DNA of 64,000 nt, from the sequence record MZ311865.1, one strand, 5' to 3'. This DNA is from Escherichia phage vB_EcoM_LNA2. This document shows positions 36,721 through 45,591 of this stretch, piece after piece. The notes under the pieces were generated by a model that was not told the origin of the DNA, did no database searches, and worked only from the letters and a program-made list of their open reading frames with translations. The translations under genes were made by a program, and so were the position numbers. Numbering within the stretch: position 1 is the stretch's first letter; every line of letters starts with the position of its first letter.

Positions 36721-37436
36721 TAGTCAAGGAATCCTTTAACATAATCAAAATCACGTTCAAACACATGGGCACTTACCATGGTATGAGTATAATCACCAAC
36801 TTCTACACCACATTCTTTAGCGATATAATGAAGTAATTTTCCTTGGAGATAAAAATCCAACTGCATAACAACAGCACAGTTCTGAGAACGCATATGACAG
36901 TGGGTATAAAGCTTACCATCACGAATATAATAAGTCACTGAGTCAGTACATGGATATTCAAGTGTTTCGTCCGAATCAAGCAAAGCCTGATCAGAACTTT
37001 CTAGAATTTGGAACACAACTCTTCGAGAGTTAGGCTTCTCTTTAAGTTCTTTTAGAAGAGCTGGTAATTGGGCCGCAATGCGAGGACCATAGAAAGTGTT
37101 GAAGTTCGCCGGCAAAACATCTGATTTTGGTTTAGAAATAAATTTAGCGACATTAGGATATGCCTTAAACGCTTCTTCTGCGTTGGTACCACCAGAAATC
37201 ATAAACTTCCAGAAGTCTTCGGCATATTCATAAGAGATGCGGTTAATACGTGGGTCGGTCATTTTGAATGATGATGGAGTGTCAACAACTACTGTCATAG
37301 ACCCAATTTCATTACAACGTCCAATACGAGAATCAGTTACGAATTCCGGGTTTTCTAAAATTTCACGATTGACAGCTTTAAATGCGGATTGAAAATCTGC
37401 GGCTTTAATATATTTCATTGTGTTATGTTTTCCCAT
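36720..37436 (-). CDS. Thymidylate-synthase-family pyrimidine hydroxymethylase-like enzyme (gene 42 position, divergent)
   Basis: 238 aa; NSRRVVFQ, YPCTDSVTYY and MRSQN resemble recalled T4 gp42 DSRRGIMIY, FMCTNTVQY, MRSND, but overall divergent. Confidence 0.65.
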   Translation of the reverse strand: MGKHNTMKYIKAADFQSAFKAVNREILENPEFVTDSRIGRCNEIGSMTVVVDTPSSFKMTDPRINRISYEYAEDFWKFMISGGTNAEEAFKAYPNVAKFISKPKSDVLPANFNTFYGPRIAAQLPALLKELKEKPNSRRVVFQILESSDQALLDSDETLEYPCTDSVTYYIRDGKLYTHCHMRSQNCAVVMQLDFYLQGKLLHYIAKECGVEVGDYTHTMVSAHVFERDFDYVKGFLD

Positions 37437-37714
37437 GTTTACCTCAATACAATTTATTATATACTCAATTCATAAAGCTTATTTGAATTTCTTAGCGATG
37501 TTGATATAACGTAAAGCTTCAGCATCGATATTTCCAAGAACACTATGAAGAAATGCATCAGCGTAGTATTACAGTTGAACAGGTTCTTTAATCACTTTAG
37601 CCGCTTTAGTTTCAAACAGGCCCATCAGGGCCTTTTTAAGAATTTGTTCGTTAGTGTTCAGTTTCGTAGTCAAAATCTCTTCATTAAGTTGGTGGTTAAA
37701 AGTTTTTCTAGAAA

Positions 37715-38875
37715 TCATTCCGGGTACCTCAAAGCGTCATCAGAGTTAGTTATATCAATAATAGATATAGAGTTTTCTGATAACCCATTTTTAGATAACT
37801 GACGTTTATAATATCTTTCACAATATGTACACGTTGACCCACAGATTTCATTAGCACAATCGAAATCTGGATGTCTGAACCACCTTTTTTCTAAAAAGCC
37901 ATCTAACAAAGAGGTTTCAATATTTACTGTATGTGAAAACTCAGTTTCGTTTTCAAGAGTGAAAATAGTCTCTAAAGGCTTCCACAGTTCTAACAAATTA
38001 CCTTCAAACTTTTCAGAAGCGTATGCTTCAAGAACTTTCAAAATGTAGTCTGTGCTACCTGTACGTCCTGAAACTTTGAATTGAGTGATACCAATATCAT
38101 TATAAAGTTTCAAATCTTGAGGACGAACAAAACGAGTTCTCAACCAGTTAAATGGGTCTGTATCACGAGCTTTAATACAGTGCTGCATAGGATATCCGTT
38201 TAAGGATTTAGCATCATCAGCTGTAACATCAGTACTATGGAAAATATAGCAAGAGTCACGATAGCTACAATGTGTTGTATACCCTTTACCAGCATTAGAA
38301 CAGAACTCATTTACAAGAACTTCAAATATTATATTGTTCTTATTACAAAACTCTGCTGCACGCTTCAGGAAAGAAACTGAACGGTTCTTATGAATTCCAC
38401 AGCAGACCTTTTTGATATTATATTGGTCGTGCAAGTATTTGATTTGAGTTACAGCATCGACATGTAGAATTGTTGAAACTTCAATCTCAATGTCTTTATT
38501 GACTTCACGAACAATTTCCATAACAACAGGGTTAGCGATAGTAATACGCCATACGCCTATTGACCAAAGATACTGAACATAATCCTGAATAGCTTTCTTC
38601 TTCCACTCAACTAGTTCTCTTTTTGAACCAGGATTTATCGTGTTGAGTGTATAGTTAAAGCAAATACCTAATTCGTTACAACGTTTAACGTAATCTTCTA
38701 ACATCTTTTTGTCAACGTCAGGAAGCCTAAAATCAGGTCTGGCTGCTACAAAAGCCATTTCTCTTGTAGAGCCGTATACTTCGTTTATCAAGCTATTAGG
38801 ATAAGTTTTATTGAGCTCTACGATTTTATCAAGAAGAGCTAAATCAAAATTCGTTCCGATTTTAAAAGTATTCAT
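37715..38875 (-). CDS. Hypothetical enzyme with C-terminal Cys cluster, 386 aa
   Basis: ORF track; DCANEICGSTCTYCE cluster; no confident family. Confidence 0.5.
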   Translation of the reverse strand: MNTFKIGTNFDLALLDKIVELNKTYPNSLINEVYGSTREMAFVAARPDFRLPDVDKKMLEDYVKRCNELGICFNYTLNTINPGSKRELVEWKKKAIQDYVQYLWSIGVWRITIANPVVMEIVREVNKDIEIEVSTILHVDAVTQIKYLHDQYNIKKVCCGIHKNRSVSFLKRAAEFCNKNNIIFEVLVNEFCSNAGKGYTTHCSYRDSCYIFHSTDVTADDAKSLNGYPMQHCIKARDTDPFNWLRTRFVRPQDLKLYNDIGITQFKVSGRTGSTDYILKVLEAYASEKFEGNLLELWKPLETIFTLENETEFSHTVNIETSLLDGFLEKRWFRHPDFDCANEICGSTCTYCERYYKRQLSKNGLSENSISIIDITNSDDALRYPE

Positions 38876-38933
38876 TTTTTTGCATCTCGCGTTAATTGAT
38901 GCGATGGTTTTTTTGCAGGTCTTACTTAAATTA

Positions 38934-39335
38934 TTATAGATTCGGTTTATACGATTTAAATGTTTCGAATTCGCCTTTATTCATAAGAGCTTTGAATTCG
39001 TCAGGACGCATAGCTTTGTCGTCGATAATCCAATCATATACTGGTTTATGTGTTAGCAAATTATGGTACTTCAAGCCAATGTTTGCCAAGTTCTGAATCA
39101 GACTTGGGAGAATGTCAATTGCTATACGACCAGGACCTACTGACTTCATACCGCGAGCAGTGTAAAGCGTTATGGTATGCCCTGCATCATACAGAGCATT
39201 AATGGCAGACACCATTTCGGTGTCTGGTTTGAAGTTCACGTAATCACGATTGTTATTCCATTCCGTGATGCAATCATCGACATCAAAACAAAGATTAAGC
39301 ATGTTTTCTACACGGTGCATTAGATTCGTTCCCAT
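38934..39335 (-). CDS. HAD-superfamily phosphatase (KdsC/GmhB-like small phosphatase)
   Basis: 133 aa; motif I FDVDDCIT, motif II LYTAR, later K and IIDD. Confidence 0.6.
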   Translation of the reverse strand: MGTNLMHRVENMLNLCFDVDDCITEWNNNRDYVNFKPDTEMVSAINALYDAGHTITLYTARGMKSVGPGRIAIDILPSLIQNLANIGLKYHNLLTHKPVYDWIIDDKAMRPDEFKALMNKGEFETFKSYKPNL

Positions 39336-41005
39336 TGATGAGTGATATCGCCACCGATTGGACGATAGGAAACACCAGTTTCTTTATCAGTTAGTACCCA
39401 TTTACCAGGATTTTTTGTAATCAGAGTAGCCGTTACAGGTTCTGCTACGTCATAACTAATAGAGCCGTCTTGAAGTACACGGCCCATATTACGTAATTGC
39501 TTAGTCAGAAGTTCCATACCTTTATAATATGCGGCTACCGCTTTAAGTGGATTATTCTTGAAATAACCACCTAATGCAATCCAGATAATTGCTACAGCCA
39601 AATGATGATACTCGTTAAACGAACTCATCTTTCCATATTTGTAAACTAGTGGATTGATGTTAATAGTCACATTACAAGTTGTTTCGTCAATAGTAAACTG
39701 TCCCCAGGTCGGATTAGCGTTGAATTCATCATAACCTGAAACAGCATAAAGCACTTTAGCTTCATCGTACAATTTTGGCCCGTAAATCTTGGTTTCACCA
39801 AAATATCCACGAGGGTCGATAAACTTGACTTCGCCGTTATCAGTAATCATAGTATTACTGAAGTTCGGGTCGCCGTGAATAACAGAGTACTGTCCCTGAG
39901 AACGGTTATGATAACGAATAAGGTGTTCTAAAGCTTGTTTCAGCATTGGCTTCAGACGTCCAATCTTAGTGTAGTTCACATGTGTGATTTTACCAAATGA
40001 ATCAATCAATGGTTGAATGCTTTCACAACGATCAATAACTTTCGTATAGAATTCTTTAGTGAAATCACGACGAACAGTTTCAGGACTTACAAAATAAGTG
40101 TCTGTGCTGAATTTCAGTGCATCTAAAATTGCACCAACAATTTGTGGACGAGCAAGACTTGATTTGGATTTAATATATTCAAATGCCGGCTTACCTTTAA
40201 TGCGTTCCATTTCAAAGTTATTTTCATTAACAGAAACTAACTGAGGGACTGAATCTGATTTCACTTTAAGATACCATGAAATCTCATCTTTCTGAAGAGC
40301 TCGACCCTGTTCGGTTAATGCGAATTTAGTTACAGTTTCTTCACCAATTTCAACTGCATTAAAACTACGATTAAGTTCACGAACTTCATGAGCTTTTTCA
40401 AGTTTAGGCATATCACCTAAATCAATTAGATTCATAAGCTCTGATTTATTGAATGTGCTGCCGTAAAGGAATTCTACGAAATCACGTCCTTTGCAGTATT
40501 CATGAATTTCCTCATCAGTAGAACCCATATAGAATTCCCAGTCTTTGAACTGATAAATTCCTACAACATTACCACCTGTTGAACCTACGTTAGTGATATT
40601 TTCACCGTCGAAATTATATCGACATTCGTCACCCTTAACATAGATTGCGTTAACATTCCAAGACCATGAACCAAAATCGGGAATAATATCACACCAGTTA
40701 ACAATTACGTTATGGCCGTCTAAATCTTTGTGTAATTTAGCAAGAGCATAAGCAGAACCATACGCTTCATCAACTGTACGAATAGTCACATTGAACTCTT
40801 CTTGCTCACAATAAGCTCGAACAGTTTCAGCAAATTTTGAATGAACTACTACAATAATTTCATCTGCGCCAAGGTCAGAATAAATTGTATACAAATTGCT
40901 CAGAATAGTGTCTTGTTTATAGTTAACAAGCACCTTAGGAATATGATGCGTTATTGGATACAAACGAGTTGCTAATCCAGCACCAAGAATAACAGCTTTT
41001 TTCAT
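39320..41005 (-). CDS. Bifunctional sugar-1-phosphate nucleotidyltransferase / APH-type sugar kinase
   Basis: 561 aa; N-term KAVILGAGLATRL (G-x-G-T-R nucleotidyltransferase signature); C-term VIHGDPNFSNTMI...KFIDP (APH/choline-kinase catalytic motif). Confidence 0.65.
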   Translation of the reverse strand: MKKAVILGAGLATRLYPITHHIPKVLVNYKQDTILSNLYTIYSDLGADEIIVVVHSKFAETVRAYCEQEEFNVTIRTVDEAYGSAYALAKLHKDLDGHNVIVNWCDIIPDFGSWSWNVNAIYVKGDECRYNFDGENITNVGSTGGNVVGIYQFKDWEFYMGSTDEEIHEYCKGRDFVEFLYGSTFNKSELMNLIDLGDMPKLEKAHEVRELNRSFNAVEIGEETVTKFALTEQGRALQKDEISWYLKVKSDSVPQLVSVNENNFEMERIKGKPAFEYIKSKSSLARPQIVGAILDALKFSTDTYFVSPETVRRDFTKEFYTKVIDRCESIQPLIDSFGKITHVNYTKIGRLKPMLKQALEHLIRYHNRSQGQYSVIHGDPNFSNTMITDNGEVKFIDPRGYFGETKIYGPKLYDEAKVLYAVSGYDEFNANPTWGQFTIDETTCNVTININPLVYKYGKMSSFNEYHHLAVAIIWIALGGYFKNNPLKAVAAYYKGMELLTKQLRNMGRVLQDGSISYDVAEPVTATLITKNPGKWVLTDKETGVSYRPIGGDITHQWERI

Positions 41006-41033
41006 GTTGTGGTCCTCATTGGTAAGTAGGTGT

Positions 41034-41058
41034 ATTGTACACTATTCTAGTTAAAGCA
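41034..41058 (-). promoter_or_regulatory. Middle-promoter-like element (MotA box TGCTTTA, 12-nt spacer, TACAAT)
   Basis: Minus-strand AATGCTTTAA-N12-TACAAT about 30 nt upstream of the nucleotidyltransferase/kinase gene. Confidence 0.45.
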
Positions 41059-41190
41059 TTCATACTTTGCTTGTAGTCCAATCATAATCCATCCAATTAC
41101 AAGTGTTGGAATCATTACTGGAGCCGTTAAGCTCCAGTAGATAGTCATGGCAAGCATCAATAGTAAAAGTCCTATTGTTATTGCTTTCAT
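41047..41190 (-). CDS. Small hydrophobic protein, 47 aa (not in ORF track)
   Basis: Hand translation MKAITIGLLLLMLAMTIYWSLTAPVMIPTLVIGWIMIGLQAKYECFN; ATGA overlap with SIS gene. Confidence 0.35.
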   Translation of the reverse strand: MKAITIGLLLLMLAMTIYWSLTAPVMIPTLVIGWIMIGLQAKYECFN

Positions 41191-41822
41191 TGTTCGCCTC
41201 GTAACATGGCACCTAGTGCACCGCCTGGATGGAACTTAAGGAAGTCATTAGAGGTAAATCCACGTTCAGACGAAAGGTTGATAGCAAACGTATCGATAAG
41301 CGCTAACAACAATGTAGTGGACATAGTCGGAGCCAGAGAATTCTCATCAACCTCTACCGCGATGCCTGTACAGAAAGAGTAATCAAAAAGGGCTTCATTT
41401 TCTTGTGGAATGTCTGGGTTACAATGCAACAGAATCTGTTTGACGTTCGGTCGAATCATTTTAAGATGCTTAGCCACGCCTATCATTTCTTCAGTTTTAC
41501 CAGAACGACTAATATGAATCAACACATCATTAGGCGCAATGAATCCTGCATCACCGTGAGAATAATGCCCAGTGTTCAAGTACATACTCGGGATACCGAG
41601 TGAAGCAAATGTCTCAGAAGCTTTAGTTGCAATATTAGCATTCTTACCAACACCTGTAATAATTACTCGGCTTTCATAATTACTAAGTCCCGGGCGTCGA
41701 AGAGTTTCTAGAATAGCATTATAACGAGCAGGGTTTTGACTAATTACTTTGGCCATAGCGGCCAAAGAAGAAGCTTGTTTTATGATTGCGTCAATAGCGA
41801 TAGTAATAGGAGTAGTTTTCAT
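41187..41822 (-). CDS. SIS-domain sugar-phosphate isomerase, KdsD/GutQ arabinose-5-phosphate isomerase-like (no CBS domains)
   Basis: 211 aa; GVGKN...TFASLGIPS...HGD.G...ISRSGKTEE...LAPTMSTT...FHPGGALG parallels E. coli KdsD SIS domain as I recall it. Confidence 0.65.
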   Translation of the reverse strand: MKTTPITIAIDAIIKQASSLAAMAKVISQNPARYNAILETLRRPGLSNYESRVIITGVGKNANIATKASETFASLGIPSMYLNTGHYSHGDAGFIAPNDVLIHISRSGKTEEMIGVAKHLKMIRPNVKQILLHCNPDIPQENEALFDYSFCTGIAVEVDENSLAPTMSTTLLLALIDTFAINLSSERGFTSNDFLKFHPGGALGAMLRGEQ

Positions 41823-41862
41823 ATTTCTCTCATTTAATTAGTTTACCGTCCATGGCATTATA

Positions 41863-44574
41863 TCAAAAATCGAACATATCGAACAGAGATGCTTTCTTCT
41901 CGTAATCGAGTTTCGCTGCTGATGTGAATCCTTCAAGTGGTTTAATAAATGTCTTCTCAAGGAGAACAGTGTAGTCCATCCAATGAAGTACATCGTCTTT
42001 AATTAAATCTGTGATTTCAGTACCAGAAGGCCATGCGATACATTTATCACCGAATGGGTTTCCTTCACGTAAAGGCAGAACATATACTTTTTCACCTTCT
42101 ACAACTTGTGGTGCATCGATATTACCTTTGATAGCCCGGTTATACGTCAGAATTCCACGAATATGGAACGGGCATTTAGGACCAGGGAATCCACCGACGT
42201 CATATTTAGCAATGTTATTCGCAGAAGATACCGACGCGATGCTAATATAATTCAATTGACGGAATTCTTTTTCAAACTCTTTAAAATATTCTTGTAATGA
42301 TTCTTCACCTTCTTGAAGCATACGACGAATACATTCTTTAAGAGCTTTCTGTACTGCTTTAGGAGTCGAAGATTTCTGAGTCTCTAGACCCATGATTTTG
42401 AGTTTAGGCTCAGCGTAACGAGTACCTTCCATATCCCACACGTTTAATGCATAACGTTTCTTACCAGTCCAAAATCCGCCAATACCTTTAGAACCGAGTG
42501 GAGGCCCAGCGATAGCTTCTCGGTCCATGAACATTAAGTGTTGTTTATTGTTCATGTATTCACACATTTCACGGAAACCTCTATCAATAGCAGGTTCCAT
42601 ACGTTCATGTGCAAACTTATCTAAGAAGTCTACCCAATGGTTGGTATCACGGAATTTAGATTCACCAACCTTATCAATAATTTTATCTGCAGATACGTAA
42701 ATGGAGTCTGTATCACCATATAGAACGAAAGCTTCACCTTCTGTACCACAAACTTCATTCAGATATTCATTAACTTTACGTTCAATCCACTGTAAAGCCA
42801 TTTGCCCGAATGTTGTGATTGCAGTAGCATTACGCAAATCATAATAACGGAACCAAACGTTTCCAAGTGCACCATAAAGCGAGTTGATGAGCAATTTACG
42901 GTTAATCTGTGCAGTCATACCTGCAACTTCAGTACGTTGAGCTCTAAACAACATTTCATTAAGAGATTTAGCAGACAACTTTTTAATCTTTTCTTTAATC
43001 TCGTCAGTGAAGTCGAAACGATAATCAACATCTAATGGTTCGTCAACAGAAAGATTAGGATTATGCAATGCCTCTTTAATTATTTCACCATTACGTTGAG
43101 CTGCAAGCATGTAACCTTTATGTTCTTTACGTTGATTAAAGACCTTAGTGATTTCAGTTGGAACTACACCATCACGGTCTTTATAATACATCATGCCGTT
43201 AGGAGAACAACTGTACACATCAGAAGGACGTTCAGCAACAGCGTTAATATAATCATGCAATGGAGCTACTTTAAACGTTCCTGCTATTGTTTCTGGGCTA
43301 ATATTCACTTGGCGAATGATGCTTGGATACAGAGATGTAAGGTCGAAACTCATTACATATTTGTATCGATTTGGAATAGGTTCCTTAACAAAAGCGCCAG
43401 GATAAGGTTGAACCGGGTGAGAACGACCTTGTGGAATCACCTTGTTCTGCTCTTTAAGGCTATTAAAAATAATAGCATCCCATGTTTTAATTGGACTAAA
43501 CACAGATTGAATCTGTATCTTAGCATAATAACCCATGTCCAAACTCAAGTTGATGAACTGACGCTTAGCATCAATTTGCAATACACGATACACGTCGATA
43601 ATGTTATAAGAAATATATCGTTGGTGATTGCTTTCACGAAGCTTAGAAATAGGGCCGTCATATTTCAGTTTACCAACGTTCAATTCAAATTCTGAAATGT
43701 AATCCAGAGAATACGACGGTTGATTGGTAAAAGAGAATTTTTTGTAAAGGTCAATGTAATCAAGAACAGAGATACCGAACAATGTAATGATTTCACGAGA
43801 ACCATACATGTTTTCGATAACTTTAACACGAGTTTTACGATGTGGTGATAAACGTTTCGCAGTAGATTCGCCAAAAATATTCTTGATTCGGTTATACACA
43901 TATGGAATATCAAATGACTCAACGTTCCATCCAGTCAAAATGACAGGAGTTTTCTGTTGCCAGAAGTTGAGATATTCCATCAACAATTCTTTTTCGTTAT
44001 CGAACGGCATATAAATGATTTTATCGATAATTTCAGATGGAACTTCATCACCACCTTGTTCTTGAAGTTTAGCAGCGATTTCAATAGACCATTCTTCTAC
44101 ATTACCGTATGGAGAATTCAATAGATCAAATACGTAGAACCTGTCGTCAATTGAGTCATAATGGGTGATAGCATCAATCGGATGTTTTGCTTGTGACGGC
44201 TCAGGGAACCCATCTGGAGATGTTACTTCGATGTCGAAGTTAGCCACACGAATTTTTGTATGGTCGTATTTGATTTCATAGTTATAAGTGTCAGACAAAT
44301 ACGCCAATTTGAAATCGTCCATGCCAAGTGCTTCAAGTCCGATATCTTCCATGCGTTTAATCCATTGGGAGGCATCACGCATATTAGCGAACAACTTACG
44401 AGTACACGGCTTACCGTAGATATCGAAATATTTCGTAGCCTGACTTTCCGGACAATGAGCAAACAGTGATGGTTTATATTCTACTTCACGAGTACGTTCA
44501 CGGCCATTAGAATCGATGTAACGTTCAAAAATTGAATCACCAATCTGTTCAACCGTTAAGTAAAATTCTTTCAT
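41863..44574 (-). CDS. 43: DNA polymerase gp43 (family B)
   Basis: 903 aa; exo motifs FDIE; pol motifs DxxSLYPS and YGDTDS. Confidence 0.95.
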   Translation of the reverse strand: MKEFYLTVEQIGDSIFERYIDSNGRERTREVEYKPSLFAHCPESQATKYFDIYGKPCTRKLFANMRDASQWIKRMEDIGLEALGMDDFKLAYLSDTYNYEIKYDHTKIRVANFDIEVTSPDGFPEPSQAKHPIDAITHYDSIDDRFYVFDLLNSPYGNVEEWSIEIAAKLQEQGGDEVPSEIIDKIIYMPFDNEKELLMEYLNFWQQKTPVILTGWNVESFDIPYVYNRIKNIFGESTAKRLSPHRKTRVKVIENMYGSREIITLFGISVLDYIDLYKKFSFTNQPSYSLDYISEFELNVGKLKYDGPISKLRESNHQRYISYNIIDVYRVLQIDAKRQFINLSLDMGYYAKIQIQSVFSPIKTWDAIIFNSLKEQNKVIPQGRSHPVQPYPGAFVKEPIPNRYKYVMSFDLTSLYPSIIRQVNISPETIAGTFKVAPLHDYINAVAERPSDVYSCSPNGMMYYKDRDGVVPTEITKVFNQRKEHKGYMLAAQRNGEIIKEALHNPNLSVDEPLDVDYRFDFTDEIKEKIKKLSAKSLNEMLFRAQRTEVAGMTAQINRKLLINSLYGALGNVWFRYYDLRNATAITTFGQMALQWIERKVNEYLNEVCGTEGEAFVLYGDTDSIYVSADKIIDKVGESKFRDTNHWVDFLDKFAHERMEPAIDRGFREMCEYMNNKQHLMFMDREAIAGPPLGSKGIGGFWTGKKRYALNVWDMEGTRYAEPKLKIMGLETQKSSTPKAVQKALKECIRRMLQEGEESLQEYFKEFEKEFRQLNYISIASVSSANNIAKYDVGGFPGPKCPFHIRGILTYNRAIKGNIDAPQVVEGEKVYVLPLREGNPFGDKCIAWPSGTEITDLIKDDVLHWMDYTVLLEKTFIKPLEGFTSAAKLDYEKKASLFDMFDF

Positions 44575-44586
44575 TTAATTTCCTTT

Positions 44587-44602
44587 AGACGAGTTATTGT
44601 CT
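44587..44602 (-). promoter_or_regulatory. Gene 43 translational operator hairpin (loop AAUAACUC)
   Basis: mRNA AGAC-AAUAACUC-GUCU just 5' of the gene 43 SD; loop matches the T4 gp43 operator loop as I recall it. Confidence 0.55.
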
Positions 44603-44635
44603 TTTGTTTGTTGATGAACTTATTATACTCCAAAT

Positions 44636-44649
44636 GGGACCGAAGTCCC
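44636..44649 (-). terminator. UUCG-tetraloop hairpin after regA (terminator or stabilising element)
   Basis: GGGAC-UUCG-GUCCC 6 nt after regA stop; weak U-tract. Confidence 0.4.
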
Positions 44650-44655
44650 ATTGCT

Positions 44656-45024
44656 TTAATTACCAATTGTATATTTTGCTTTCAAAGTCCAGTCATCTTT
44701 CTGTTTAAAAGAGATGACACGGAAGTTATTAGTCAGGCCAAACAGATCTTCACGAGCAGAGTCTTCAATAACAATCAAGCCCCAGTCTTCAAGCAACTGA
44801 GCAATCGAATCACGTCGCTGATAGTCTTCACCATCAATATCAACCTGCCGTCCATCCATACGCAACATTTCTTTAAAGTGGACGATGTAGTATTTACCTT
44901 GCTTTTGGAGGATATGACAGGACTGATAAAGGACTTTATCCTTGTTATTAGCGATGCCCATACGGGTCAGAGTCTCTTTGACTTTCAGAAAATCTTCGGG
45001 GTTCTTCAATTTAATTTCGATCAT
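44656..45024 (-). CDS. regA: Translational repressor RegA
   Basis: ORF track 44656..45033; from MIEIKLKNPEDFLKVKETLTRMGIANNKDKVLYQSCHILQK... matches recalled T4 RegA. Confidence 0.85.
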   Translation of the reverse strand: MIEIKLKNPEDFLKVKETLTRMGIANNKDKVLYQSCHILQKQGKYYIVHFKEMLRMDGRQVDIDGEDYQRRDSIAQLLEDWGLIVIEDSAREDLFGLTNNFRVISFKQKDDWTLKAKYTIGN

Positions 45025-45026
45025 TT

Positions 45027-45590
45027 TTACCATTCCAATGCTAATTTTTTAAATTGTTTTTGTTCTTTCACATTTTTTGTAACTTCTTTGAGAAACTCAT
45101 CAGTGACCATGGCCTTCAGTTCTTTAAGGACTATTGGCAACTTGTTATTTTTTTCAAGGAGCCGCTTATACTCGGTAGCATCATTCATGTTGATTGTGTA
45201 ATGTTTCATCAACAGTTTGATAACTAGTAACTCTGAAGTGTCTTCGACTAGTTTAGCCCATTTAGAGAATCGACGACCACGCGGAATTGCCGCCATCATA
45301 TAGTTGAAGTGCGCTTCATCACTTAATTCAGAACCGACTAAGTTCATCATGTAAACAGCTGGCATACATTCTGGGAACTGGGATAATGAGTTCTCAACCA
45401 TAAATTTTGAATAGTCGACCTGAGCAATTGACATAGATTTCTTTTCATTAATAGCATTAATGATTTTAAAAAATTCATTCTCAGGTTTTTCTTTAAACAT
45501 ATCAGCACATTTTTGAATCGCATCAGCGTCATTAGACTTCCATGCAATTTGGTGCTCGTTAAGCTGGACGTCATCATCAAATAAGTTCAT
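45027..45590 (-). CDS. 62: Clamp loader small subunit gp62
   Basis: 187 aa; T4 synteny 45-44-62-regA-43. Confidence 0.85.
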   Translation of the reverse strand: MNLFDDDVQLNEHQIAWKSNDADAIQKCADMFKEKPENEFFKIINAINEKKSMSIAQVDYSKFMVENSLSQFPECMPAVYMMNLVGSELSDEAHFNYMMAAIPRGRRFSKWAKLVEDTSELLVIKLLMKHYTINMNDATEYKRLLEKNNKLPIVLKELKAMVTDEFLKEVTKNVKEQKQFKKLALEW

Positions 45591-45591
45591 A

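Noticed and set aside
43063-43695. 210-aa + strand ORF
   Set aside because: Lies entirely antisense within DNA polymerase gene 43; low-complexity, no SD; typical shadow ORF of AT-rich coding sequence
44608-45201. 197-aa + strand ORF
   Set aside because: Antisense to regA and gp62, both well supported; no ribosome-binding site
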